A DNA stretch of 64,000 nt from Promethearchaeota archaeon (GCA_030599585.1 JAUVNS010000007.1:1-64000); one strand, 5' to 3'; positions 37,978-48,600 are shown, numbered from the stretch's first letter. Numbers and translations are program-made. The notes: generated by a model not told the origin, from the sequence alone.

Positions 37978-38220
37978 ATGTTTCAAAGTAAAAAAGAACG
38001 AGATCCTGAGTTGAAAAAATGGTTTGGTAAAGGCTGCGAGATGTCAGCACAGGGAAAGCATGAAGAAGCTATAAAATGTTACAATGAAGGTTTAAAAATT
38101 GATCCCATGGATTGGGCTTGCTGGAATAATAAGGGTGCTGCATTTGATAAGCTTGGAATGGAGGAAGAACATAAACAATGCATGCAACTTTCAACAATCC
38201 TCATGGTATCTAGAATTTAA
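37978..38220 (+). CDS. small TPR protein
   Basis: G.HEEAIKCYNEGLKIDP....W.NKG.A...LG. Confidence 0.8.
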   Translation: MFQSKKERDPELKKWFGKGCEMSAQGKHEEAIKCYNEGLKIDPMDWACWNNKGAAFDKLGMEEEHKQCMQLSTILMVSRI

Positions 38221-38342
38221 ATTAAGCGTGGATTCTTCTTCACATCAATTAAGTAAACTAAAGAGGCAGCATCCATCAAATTTTTTTCTGTTTCGTTAAA
38301 TTCACTAAGTAAATTTAAAATCCTTCCCTTTAGAATTACCAT
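38217..38342 (-). CDS. putative small protein (41 aa)
   Basis: AGGAGGT 7 nt upstream of ATG; MVILKGRILNLLSEFNETEKNLMDAASLVYLIDVKKNPRLI*. Confidence 0.45.
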   Translation of the reverse strand: MVILKGRILNLLSEFNETEKNLMDAASLVYLIDVKKNPRLI

Positions 38343-38531
38343 GTAAATAACCTCCTTCTGGATTTATTTTTTTAATGTGATAATTATTCAAAAAATGAAA
38401 CTTTAAAAAACTATAATCTATGTTACATGTAAGATTTTTAGTTTACGTATAAATCAAATTCACATTTGACTTAAATGTCGAATTGAATCTGACGAATCTA
38501 AAACACTAAATTAGGATAAGGGGATTCCTTT

Positions 38532-39086
38532 TTGGAAACAAATGGTATAGATGAGAATTTTTTAAACGATTTAAATGGGAGTATTCAAAATGATATATCA
38601 AATATTAATTCACTAAAGGGATTTGAAGTAATTTCTGAATCCATTGTGTACAAAATTCTTGATATATTTGGAAGAAATAGTTTACTTTCAATGTTGTATC
38701 AAACTGGGGCAGGACCAGGAGAAAAAATAGCTGAAATAATAAAACAGAAATATGAGAAAAATGACTTTGAGATTTTTGAGGCTTTAAAAATCTTAATGAT
38801 TGAGTTAAGAGATTTTTACTCAATGCAAATTAGAGAAGTTCAAGAATATTCAGACCATTTCAAGGTAATCGTAGAAAACTATTGCTTTTTACGAGATCCT
38901 TATAGTCATAGGGAAAAACTTAAACCGGGTAAAGCCTTTTGTAGAATAAATAAAGGGTATTTCGAAACGGCTTTTAAAAAATTGTTAGGAGATAAATTAA
39001 AAAAAGTAGAAATTAATTTTCTTCACAACGATCTCGAAAACGATGTTTGTGTAGAAGAGATAGTATTTTATCCTAGCCAACTTTAA
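38532..39086 (+). CDS. V4R / Bet3(TRAPP)-like ligand-binding fold protein
   Basis: LYQTG...GE.IA...; ENYCF...FC.IN.GYFE..F..LLG...VE......C.E.I (three-Cys V4R-type pattern). Confidence 0.6.
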   Translation: METNGIDENFLNDLNGSIQNDISNINSLKGFEVISESIVYKILDIFGRNSLLSMLYQTGAGPGEKIAEIIKQKYEKNDFEIFEALKILMIELRDFYSMQIREVQEYSDHFKVIVENYCFLRDPYSHREKLKPGKAFCRINKGYFETAFKKLLGDKLKKVEINFLHNDLENDVCVEEIVFYPSQL

Positions 39087-39148
39087 GAAGTTAAGAAAGA
39101 CCTTAGATCTTTTTATTTTTTCAAATCATTAGTCAGTATTAAGAAGAT

Positions 39149-39502
39149 TTAAATTATATCATTAGCGTCGATATCCAATAATTGAGCTAATTTTTGTTTT
39201 TTACTACCCATTAACGGGCCAGCTGCAGCTGTAGCGGGTCCAATTGATCCCATCCCCAATTTTTCATGGATTTGCCAGTAGTATTCTTCATAAATTTCTA
39301 TTTTTTTATTATTATCTTTTCGAAAATCTTGGATTGCCTTGTCAATTATTATATCTGCGATCTTATCTAGCTCTTTTAATCTTTGATTAATATATTCTCC
39401 CGTTATATCTTTACCTGTATCAAGATCAATCACCCGCTGCACCATGTGTTCATCTGTAATTTTTTCTTTCCTTTCTTTCATGCGATGTATGACACTATTC
39501 AA
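39149..39502 (-). CDS. hypothetical protein
   Basis: 117-aa ORF with a Gly/Ala-rich motif LGMGSIGPATAAAGP. Confidence 0.6.
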   Translation of the reverse strand: MNSVIHRMKERKEKITDEHMVQRVIDLDTGKDITGEYINQRLKELDKIADIIIDKAIQDFRKDNNKKIEIYEEYYWQIHEKLGMGSIGPATAAAGPLMGSKKQKLAQLLDIDANDII

Positions 39503-39782
39503 ACTGAAATTTTTAATACACTAATTATTTCTTCAAGATGATAATAATAAACGAGGTATAAAATTCTTCTCATTATTGAAGGACACTAAAAACAATCTCC
39601 ATATTATTTTCAAAAGTGGAGATCCGTTTTTTCATTATATTCAATTATATTCAAATGGATCATTAACTTGTACTTTTTGAGATACGAAATGTCAAAGATT
39701 AAAAAAAAATTTGAATTAGTTTACATATAGCAATCTGATTTTAATAAACAATAAAATAAAATTTTAAAGAGGATAAATAAAA

Positions 39783-41000
39783 ATGGCTGAAATTAAAAAT
39801 ATTCTAGTACTTGGAACTGGCCTAATGGGTAATGGCATAGGACAAGTAGCATTAATGGCTGGTTATAATGTGACATTAGTAGATATCGCTGAAGAAGCTT
39901 TAAATAAAGCTTACGACGATATTCTAAAAGGTCTTAAAAAATCAGAAGAGAAAGGTAAGTTACCTATAAAGACCCCTAAGACTGAGGATACTCCCGCAGT
40001 CTTCTATACTGCTGATGAGATTATGGCTAACTGTAAGAAATCTACTGATTTAGCAAGCGCTGTAAAGGATATTGACATGGTTATTGAAGCAATTGTAGAA
40101 AAAATGGACGTCAAAAAAGCAGTCTCTAAAACTACAATGGATAATGGTCCTGATCATATTATCTTCGCTTCAAATACTTCTACTATGAGTATTACTGAGA
40201 TAGGGAAAGATTGTGGAAAACCTGCTCAAGTTTGTGGTATTCATTTCTTTAATCCAGTTGCCTTAATGGCTTGTATTGAAGTGATTAAAGGTGATGACAC
40301 TTCTGACGCTACATTTGACACAGCTATGAAAGTGGCTAAAAGCTTACCTGTTCTAAGAGGTAGGAGATATATTGCACCTGTGTTAAAAGATAAACCTGGC
40401 TTTATTGTGAATAGATTAAATGCTCCAACTAATATCTACTTAAGTTGGGTTTTTGACCAAGCACTCGAAAAAGGTATTCTTCCCGATCATCCCGAACAAT
40501 TAGATGGAGATATTGGCAAACTTGCTGCAATGCCTCCGTGCGTTTTATCGGACTATGTTGGGCTTGATACATTATACCATGTAATGAAATATAACGAAGT
40601 AGCACTCTCTCCTGATTTTAAACCGGGAAAAGTGTTAAATGATATGATGGAAAAAGGTACTCTTGGAAGAAAAACTGGACAAGGATTTTATGATTGGTCT
40701 AAAGGCAGACCTCAACCAGATCTTTCTGTTAAAGCGGGTTTAATAGATATTGATTTACTATTTTCAATTTCCTTAAATGAAGGCTGTAGAATTTTAGAAG
40801 AAGGAGTTGCAAGTGGTACTAAAACAATTGACGATGCGAATATGGCGGGTATGAACACTCCTGGACCATTTGGCTGGGGTAAACGAAATGCCGAAAAAGC
40901 TGTCGAAATGTTAAATGCTTTCGTTGAAAAAACGGGAATTAAATACTTAACTCCCTGCGAATTACTTAAGTCTGGCGGCTTTAAGAAGATGCGAAAATAG
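39783..41000 (+). CDS. 3-hydroxyacyl-CoA dehydrogenase
   Basis: G.GLMG.GI, IEAIVE, ASNTST, HFFNP, PGFIVNR, D.VGLD, GRKTG.GFY; duplicated C-terminal domain. Confidence 0.95.
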   Translation: MAEIKNILVLGTGLMGNGIGQVALMAGYNVTLVDIAEEALNKAYDDILKGLKKSEEKGKLPIKTPKTEDTPAVFYTADEIMANCKKSTDLASAVKDIDMVIEAIVEKMDVKKAVSKTTMDNGPDHIIFASNTSTMSITEIGKDCGKPAQVCGIHFFNPVALMACIEVIKGDDTSDATFDTAMKVAKSLPVLRGRRYIAPVLKDKPGFIVNRLNAPTNIYLSWVFDQALEKGILPDHPEQLDGDIGKLAAMPPCVLSDYVGLDTLYHVMKYNEVALSPDFKPGKVLNDMMEKGTLGRKTGQGFYDWSKGRPQPDLSVKAGLIDIDLLFSISLNEGCRILEEGVASGTKTIDDANMAGMNTPGPFGWGKRNAEKAVEMLNAFVEKTGIKYLTPCELLKSGGFKKMRK

Positions 41001-41154
41001 ACCTAAAAAGGCACAATTACCAATTTTTCTTTATTTTTTTTATTCTTAATTTTGAAAATTTTTAATTAAAAGAAAACTATTACTAAATATTCATAATTCA
41101 AATATTTTAGAGAATTAAAGTAAATAATAAGGATCTTAAAAGAGGTTAGTAAAA

Positions 41155-42105
41155 ATGTCAGAAAAAGAATTTGAACATATTAAAATCGATTGGCCAACAA
41201 AGTTAAACGACCAAGGTGAGGTTATAAGAGAAGGAACCGTAGATGGAAATTATGCGGTAATTGCTATTAATAGACCTGATAGATTAAACGCTTTAACGGA
41301 ACAAACAGTATCTGAGATTTCTAGAGCATTACGGATGATGGAAGTTGATGGGAGCGTTCGAGCTGTAGTATTAAGAGGCACTAAAGACTTCACCAAGAAA
41401 CCTGCGTTTTCTGCTGGGGCTGATTTAGCAGCTGCTTTTAGTCCGGGGCTTAAACCTAATGTAACATGGCACATGGCATTGGCAATGAGGATTAGACATC
41501 GAGATTACGATGAAATTGAACAATTCTCAAAGCCTTTAATCGCTGCGGTTGATGGTTTTGCCTTTGGTGGGGGTTGTGAATTAGTACTCTGCTGTGATAT
41601 CGTGATTGTGTCTGATAGGACAAAAATTGGATTGCCAGAAATCAAGGTAGGTATTTTTCCAGCGAATGGAGGAGTCACACGTATGGCAGAAAGAATTGGG
41701 ACTAATAGAGCGTTAAGAATGGCGATGTTCGGAGAGCCTATCGATGGTCAGACTGCAGTTGATTGGGGATTAGCTTCTTGGATTGCACCTGCGGGGGAAG
41801 AGTTTGAAAAGCTCGTTCATGAGAAAGCTAAGTGGTTTGGAAACGCGCCTACTACCGCATTGTTTGTCATTAAGAAATGCGTGAAATTTGGTACGAGGGA
41901 TGTGCAATTAGGGCTTATCATGGAACAAATGGGCTTTGGACTCAATCAAGTATCCCATGATGCAAAGGAAGGCATAATGGCTTTTAACAGAAAAATTAAA
42001 TGCCCAAAATGTGGCGGTAAAGGTAAATTTGAGGACGGAACACAATGTGATGTCTGTAAAGGCAGACGAAAGATAAAAGATTCCCCACATTTCAAAGGGA
42101 TGTAA
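41155..42105 (+). CDS. enoyl-CoA hydratase/isomerase with C-terminal CxxCxGxG zinc-finger insert
   Basis: NRPDRLNAL, FSAGADL, KPLIAAVDG.A.GGGCEL, GLPE..VG.FP..GG; CPKCGGKG...CDVCKG. Confidence 0.92.
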   Translation: MSEKEFEHIKIDWPTKLNDQGEVIREGTVDGNYAVIAINRPDRLNALTEQTVSEISRALRMMEVDGSVRAVVLRGTKDFTKKPAFSAGADLAAAFSPGLKPNVTWHMALAMRIRHRDYDEIEQFSKPLIAAVDGFAFGGGCELVLCCDIVIVSDRTKIGLPEIKVGIFPANGGVTRMAERIGTNRALRMAMFGEPIDGQTAVDWGLASWIAPAGEEFEKLVHEKAKWFGNAPTTALFVIKKCVKFGTRDVQLGLIMEQMGFGLNQVSHDAKEGIMAFNRKIKCPKCGGKGKFEDGTQCDVCKGRRKIKDSPHFKGM

Positions 42106-42109
42106 TCTA

Positions 42110-42117
42110 TTTTTTTT
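42110..42117 (+). terminator. oligo-T tract, putative terminator
   Basis: T8 starting 5 nt after the ECH stop codon, followed by further T runs. Confidence 0.35.
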
Positions 42118-42198
42118 CCTTTTATTTTTATTTATAATTCACTTCTAACCACTACAATTCCTATAATTTTATAAGCTATTCTAATTATAAAAATAGTA

Positions 42199-42747
42199 AT
42201 GGGAGGTATCGAAGTTATAGAAGAAATAAACGATGGCAATCTTTATCTTCGCAAAATTTCTAAAGAAGATATTGCATTTTTCTTTCAGAGTTTGAAAAAT
42301 AAAGATATGACAAATTATCTATCGCTTGGACCTTTATTGTCGTACGAACATTCAAAACGCTTAATAAAAAACTATTTAAAATCTTGGGAAAAGTACCTCC
42401 AGTTTAATTATGTGATAGAATTAAGGGAAAATCAAAAAAAAACTAGAATTGGTTCTGTTAGTCTATGGAATATCAATTGGTTTCATCAACGTTCCAGAAT
42501 AGGTATATGGATTCTCCCAACATATTGGGAACGTGGAATAGGTACGAAAACTATAACTTTGATAAAGATTATCGGATTCAACCATTTGAACCTAAACAGA
42601 ATTGAAGCCCATATAGCTATGAAAAATGAGAGATCGATTAAAATGTTTAAAAAATCTGGTTTTATTGAAGAAGGCACCTTGAGAGCATACCTTAATATCA
42701 CCGGAGAGTTCCAAGATGCTCTCTTGGTAGCTTGTTTTAAAACCTAG
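42199..42747 (+). CDS. GNAT N-acetyltransferase (RimJ/RimL family)
   Basis: IG.WI.P.YW.RGIGT, L.RIEA.....NERS.....K.GF.EEG.LR. Confidence 0.9.
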   Translation: MGGIEVIEEINDGNLYLRKISKEDIAFFFQSLKNKDMTNYLSLGPLLSYEHSKRLIKNYLKSWEKYLQFNYVIELRENQKKTRIGSVSLWNINWFHQRSRIGIWILPTYWERGIGTKTITLIKIIGFNHLNLNRIEAHIAMKNERSIKMFKKSGFIEEGTLRAYLNITGEFQDALLVACFKT

Positions 42748-43190
42748 GATATACTGGGGTTTAGTTGGTAACCTCGTAAAAATCCTTTCGATTTTACAAT
42801 CTTGTGTATATCTGAAGAAAACGACTTAAATTGTGAAAAATTTCCATTAAAATTGATCAATTCTTTTTTGAATTTGGTTAAGAACTGATCAAAGAGTTTA
42901 ACAGCAACACTATCAAGATATTTTTTTTTCTGTTTTTTACTATCTACTCTACTATCGCACTTAAAAATTAGATGAAAATTAGATTTAGGATGAGTATAAA
43001 AGTAAAATACGCTCTTGTTCATCCGTAACGTGTTCAAACTTTCTTTAAATCCATATTTTGTGAATCTGCATATCTGGTCGAAATAACTCGCAATCAGGTG
43101 ATAATTTTCATCCTCATTTGAACTATCACCAAAATTATGGAAAAATATGGGTATACCCTCACCATTCAATAATGTGATCTTTTGGATCAA
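42744..43190 (-). CDS. stand-alone longin-like domain protein
   Basis: I..ITLLN.EG.PIFFH.F...LIASYF..I..F...FLTKF...L.NFNGN.SQF..F...I; same pattern as the N-terminal domain of 9701-10591. Confidence 0.75.
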   Translation of the reverse strand: MIQKITLLNGEGIPIFFHNFGDSSNEDENYHLIASYFDQICRFTKYGFKESLNTLRMNKSVFYFYTHPKSNFHLIFKCDSRVDSKKQKKKYLDSVAVKLFDQFLTKFKKELINFNGNFSQFKSFSSDIHKIVKSKGFLRGYQLNPSIS

Positions 43191-43342
43191 TTTCTATCCA
43201 AAACATATATTCTTTTTTGTAGTATTTATATGTTCGGTAAAAAAATAAGGATGAGTTTGTATTAATTAAAATGGTTATTAACACGAAAATAAAAGTAGAT
43301 TGTTCTACCAAAATAAGGAAGAGGATATTTTTATGCGTTTTT

Positions 43343-44488
43343 TTATTGTGACTTTTTGGTTTTGATTAATTCTATAATTTCCTTAAAAATTAGCAGAGAA
43401 TTATCGTATTCTTCCGTTTTTAGAGCCCCAATTGCTTGAAAATTTAATTTTTTAACCTTATTTGCAATCTTTTCGGCTTCTGCTCCCAACTTTATTTTCT
43501 TTTCCAGTAAATTTATATATTCATCAAACCTCTCAATATTTTTGGTTTTACCTATAAACCGGGATATTTTGATAATTTGGCTAATGTTGTCTATAGCTTG
43601 TTTAAAACGGTTTTGAGTGATATTATCCTTGATGAGAACTTCTAAAGCTTTTAATTCGTCTTCTAATTTGAGGTATTTACTTTCAGCATCAAGAATATAT
43701 ATCATTTTTGCTTCTATATCTTTGTTATATTCTGATAGATCCTCCTTTTCTAAAAATTCGATTTTTGAGTCGAGGATTCTTTTAGCTTTCTCAAATTCGT
43801 AATTTTCTGTTAATTTAGATACTTCTTTTAAATCTTTCTCAATAATTTCATTAAGAACATATCTTTTCCTTAATTCTAAATACAGTATTTCGGAAGTTTC
43901 CCACATTTTAAGGATATTACTATTAGTGAGTTTTTTTAAAAGCGCTTTCGCTTGTTCTAATGTCTCTCCCGCTAAAGAGAGATTATTAGTACTAACATAA
44001 CTATTAAATTGTATTTCTAATGGTTCCAACTGCCTAATCAAGTTTTGTTCCCTTGTTATGAATTCGTTCCATATTTTTGAATCTCTTAATAAAAACTCCT
44101 TTACATTACTAAAAGAATTCAAATCAATATTTCTTTCATGATATTGCTTAAATGTCTGGACTAAATCATGCGCTTCTTCAATGTTCCCTTTTCCTACAAG
44201 CTTATAAAATTCTTTTTCTAAACTTTCGAAATCATCCCTGATAACGATATATTTATGCTCTTCTTTAGCTTGTTTATAAAGATTAGCTATGTATTCACCT
44301 TCTTCTCTAACAACAGAATATAACCTAGCTTGTTCTGCAATATCCATTATTTCTTCAGCAATTTTTATAGCTTCGTCGAATTTTCCCATTAGATAGTGAT
44401 TATTCGCAATCACTTTTAACTCGTCAATTTTAGATAAGACCTCTAGTTTTTTTTTATTATCCTCTCCTTCATCGAGATTATAATTAAT
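43343..44488 (-). CDS. all-helical repeat (TPR/MIT-like) protein, probable ATT start
   Basis: Track start is GTG 44413, but the conserved helix LEVLSKIDEL lies upstream in frame; repeated helix-hairpin units follow. Confidence 0.75.
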   Translation of the reverse strand: MNYNLDEGEDNKKKLEVLSKIDELKVIANNHYLMGKFDEAIKIAEEIMDIAEQARLYSVVREEGEYIANLYKQAKEEHKYIVIRDDFESLEKEFYKLVGKGNIEEAHDLVQTFKQYHERNIDLNSFSNVKEFLLRDSKIWNEFITREQNLIRQLEPLEIQFNSYVSTNNLSLAGETLEQAKALLKKLTNSNILKMWETSEILYLELRKRYVLNEIIEKDLKEVSKLTENYEFEKAKRILDSKIEFLEKEDLSEYNKDIEAKMIYILDAESKYLKLEDELKALEVLIKDNITQNRFKQAIDNISQIIKISRFIGKTKNIERFDEYINLLEKKIKLGAEAEKIANKVKKLNFQAIGALKTEEYDNSLLIFKEIIELIKTKKSQ

Positions 44489-44490
44489 GA

Positions 44491-45564
44491 TTATTCACCA
44501 ACTTTTTGCGAGTTATTTAATTCCAAATTTTGCACAATTTCTTCATAAATTCTTAGAGCATTAGAAAATTCTCCAATTTTTAAGTATTCTAGGGCAGATT
44601 CACACAACTTTCTTATGTTGTTGTAGAACTCATTATTGACGCTACGATATTTGCTTTTCAGAATGTCGACTTTGTCTTTGATTCTTTTATCAAAGTATTT
44701 TAAACTTGACTTCTGGATAGTAGCAAGAAATTTTTTAGTTTGTTTTAAAAATATTATGCTCCTGCTCTTTCCCATTTTTTCAGAAAAATTGTCGATATCC
44801 TTTAAAATTTTATCTTGCTCGATTTTTAACTTATATACCATATTTTCTTCTTTCATTAATAATTGTTGAGCTAACGGTATGGAAGAGAGTTCATATTTAT
44901 CTGCGTATTTTTGTTTGAATTCTTCAACGACAGTACGAGCTTCTTCGTAATCCTCTGCTTCTACTAATTGCTTAAATCTTTTAGTTTTTTCCTTACAGAC
45001 TAACTCAATTTCATTAAGGATTTCACTTGCGCGAGCTCTTATGTGAGCTTCATTGATAAAATTGATTTGATCTTGTTCGAGCGAATCATCATTTATATCC
45101 CTTGCTAAATTAACTATTTTTTGAGCAAGCTTAATAGCTTCTCCATAGTTATTAGCAATGAAAAATTTGTCAGATTTCTCTTTCAACCTATTTATTTCAG
45201 AAAGCACAGGTAATAATTTAACTTCTAACGTTTTAATATTTGATTTAAGAATTTCTTTTTCAATTCCTATAATATTCAAGAATTCTGGAGGTTCTAATCC
45301 CGATTCTATAGTAATATTTCTTAAAATTTTTAATTCTGGATATTTTCTTGAAATCGCACCCCGAATTTGAGGAATATGTCTTTTTAAACTTTGAGCTGCT
45401 TTTTTTCCCATCCATACATACATCCGTTTTAGGTCTGGAATATAAAAGATCAAAACATTGAAGAGGGTTAAGTTATTAGTTAATTCTTCTTGGGGGATTT
45501 CTTCGAAATTACCAGAATATCGTAACTTATAAACTTTGAAATCAGAACTCATCTCTAGAATCAC
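44491..45564 (-). CDS. gelsolin-like domain fused to helical repeat module
   Basis: N-terminal ~100 aa: VYKL...G.FEEI...VLIF......MYVWMGK.A...TIESGLEPPEFL (gelsolin YVWxG and EGxEPxEF motifs). The remainder is paralogous to the 33799 and 43343 ORFs. Confidence 0.8.
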   Translation of the reverse strand: MILEMSSDFKVYKLRYSGNFEEIPQEELTNNLTLFNVLIFYIPDLKRMYVWMGKKAAQSLKRHIPQIRGAISRKYPELKILRNITIESGLEPPEFLNIIGIEKEILKSNIKTLEVKLLPVLSEINRLKEKSDKFFIANNYGEAIKLAQKIVNLARDINDDSLEQDQINFINEAHIRARASEILNEIELVCKEKTKRFKQLVEAEDYEEARTVVEEFKQKYADKYELSSIPLAQQLLMKEENMVYKLKIEQDKILKDIDNFSEKMGKSRSIIFLKQTKKFLATIQKSSLKYFDKRIKDKVDILKSKYRSVNNEFYNNIRKLCESALEYLKIGEFSNALRIYEEIVQNLELNNSQKVGE

Positions 45565-45656
45565 TTAAGGATCAATAGTATTTCAATTTATATTAAGAAA
45601 AAAGAGAAGAGTCAAAAATAATATTAAACAATTTTTTTTAGTAGTTAGAATCTCTA

Positions 45657-48600
45657 CTAATCAGAACTTTCAATAGGCTCCTTTAAAATTTTATCTGGTT
45701 TAGGAGTTACTTTTGCTGGTTTTCCTTTTAGGAGCTTCGCATTTTTAGCTATTTCACCCTGGTATTTTACTTTAAATGCTTTTTCTCTAGCAGTTATGTC
45801 AACTCCTGGACTTTTTGTTTTTCTCAGCGTTTTACTATATTTTCTAACCTTCCTGACAGGTTTTGGAAATTTAAATATCTTTTGATAAAGATATAAATAC
45901 GTAAGCAATGCAGCCGCTGTTATTCCGCCGATTATAGATAATAATTGGAATAATAATAAATCTTCTTTTGGTATATTAGCACTTATTACTATTTCATACG
46001 ATGTAAAATCGTAATCTTCACCCTTATAAGCATTTATCGTCAAAGTGAACGAACCCTCTTGAATATTTGTCAATGTAACTGTGTATATGCCATCATTATT
46101 ATCATCAGTTAAGACACCATTACCATGAGCCCATCTATATGTAACTATAGCGCCCTTCACTGTACCTCCAAAGTCTAAGTTGTTTATTACAATATTTAAA
46201 GTAACACTTTCGCCGGGTCTTATAACTCTATTTGACTCCCCTGTAATATTTGTTCGTATTCTCACTACACTTACGTATATTTTTTGGATTAAAAACAGCT
46301 CGAAATTTGCTTTCTCCGCAATTAAAGTAAGGATACCTAATCCAACTCCCAGATCAGTCGTATTTATTATTATTGAATATTGTTCTAAAGCTATAGATTC
46401 AGATAACAGACCCGCCAAATCCCCATTTAACTGAACAATAGCACCTGAAATATGATTTTCTGCTCGGATATCACTATATTTGATTGTTAAATTAAGAAGA
46501 GAACCTATAGTAAGCTCAATATAAGGATCTAGTGTTTTATTTAATTCATTGATAAAAAGCGCGCCAGTGGACCCTCTTTCAATAATTTGTATGAAGAACT
46601 CAATAAGGGCTGTTTGATAATTTGTTACTTGAGCACGGATGACTATCCTATTTAAAGTGCTATTTAAATCAATTATGTTTATTGTTATGTTGTAATGCTC
46701 TAGTAACGCATTTTCTGTCATATATCCCTTATCTATTATATCAACATCTGCACCACCGAGATATTCTTTCGTGAGGTTATCAAGATAATTTACAGTTATA
46801 TTTAACATATCGGTTACTTCCAATTGGATAGTTTCTCCATTATAGTACTGAGATCCATTCAGAAAAAGTAGTAATTCAGTTTTCTTTTCGTCTATTATAA
46901 GCGTTATTACTTCTGAAGTCAAAGTATAATTATCTGTTTTTGCGCTTATAGTTAAAAATTTAACCCCTACTCCTAAATCATCAGCAGTTATAGTGATATA
47001 ATATTGGTTAAAGATTAAACTCTCAGTTAAATCTGTTGGAGTCCCTGATTCAATTAATCGGACATTCGCAGAATCTATGAAAGAGTCTGTGTTCAAATCC
47101 TTATAGAAAACAGTAATGTTCAATTGTTCTCCGATAGAAATATTGTAAAATTCAAAATTAGATGATAGTGTACCATTTAGATAAACATCAACTTTAGTGT
47201 CTCTTTCGGTGACAGATATAGAAATTATTCTCGAAGAAAGAGTATAATTCTCCTTAATAGCTGAAATCGTTAGAAAATTAATGCCAAGCGCCATTAATGC
47301 TGTGTTGATATTTAAACTATAATCTATCGGTGAATTTTCTGTGAAGTTTTCAGAAATTCCCGTTCCCGAAAGTTGCACCGATGCTCCACTAATAAAAGAA
47401 TTATCTAAACTGTCATTATAGGATATTGAAATGCTTAAAATTTCATTCCAAGGAATTTCTATTGATGTGGTTTCAATTCCGTCTAAATTTATATTGTCCA
47501 TATAAGAATTTCTCTCAAGTACTTCTATTTTAAAACGAATGGATTGAGTAGTATAATTTTCTTTAAATGCATTAACAGTGAGGAAACTGTTCCCTAAACC
47601 AAGATCCGTAGTGTTGATTATAATGGAATATTGATCATTTGAAAGATCTTCAGTTAAATTTTGCGGATTACCTATTCCAATCAATTCTACAGTTGCTCCA
47701 TCTATATGTATAGGAAGTTGTTCAATGTCTTTGTATGTTATTGTTATATTTCCATCATTTCCATATATCATCTCTATAGATTTATCCAAAGTTTGGTTTG
47801 TGCTATCTAAGTAGAGTTGTAATTCCGTGTTTCTTTCAATTACTTTTATATTGATTAACTCTGATATTGATTCGTAATACTTTTTACTCGCAGATATGGT
47901 TAAGAAATTATTACCAATCTGTAAGTTCGAAGATTGAATAGTAATATTATAATGTTCCAACGGATTATTTTCTGTTAAATTCTTAGGTGATCCTAATCCC
48001 ACCAGCTGTACTGCCGCATTTTGTATGAAATTGTTGTTAGTTTGATTTTTATATATAATTGTAATATTAATCGGATTACCCATAGTGACTTCAATTGATT
48101 TTTCTAATGTTTTATTTACACTGTTAAGGAATATATCTGTTTTAGTTTCTGTTTCTACTATATTTTCTGTATAAGAAATTACTAAACTTGCATTATCTAT
48201 TGAGACAATTCTTTTTTGTTCTAAAGGAAATGTATCCGCAAGAAAGACTTGTATAGTTAGAGTTATATTTTCATCCTTTAAAATTAGATTAGAGACGTCA
48301 AATCCTCCAATTTTAGCATCTTGAAAAGTGGTGTTTCCTGAACTCAATTTTATTGTCTCAGAATGTTGTCTGTCGTTAATTAAAACCCTTATTTCGGAAT
48401 TTGGAGAGGATTCGGTCCAATTTTGATCAAGCTTATATTTAAAATTAAGAGTAGCGTTATTTATTATAATATTACTCCCACTAATAGTATTTCCTATTTG
48501 ATTCCACGATATTTTAGTAAGTTCGTCGATTTTCTTTTTATATGTAAAAGTGAAATTTAAATACTTAAAGATTAATGAATCCCACCTATCACGATCGACA

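Noticed and set aside
45980-48160. Tandem repeats as a CRISPR array or DNA-level repeat
   Set aside because: They are ~300-bp degenerate protein-domain repeats inside one ORF, with no identical short repeats separated by spacers.
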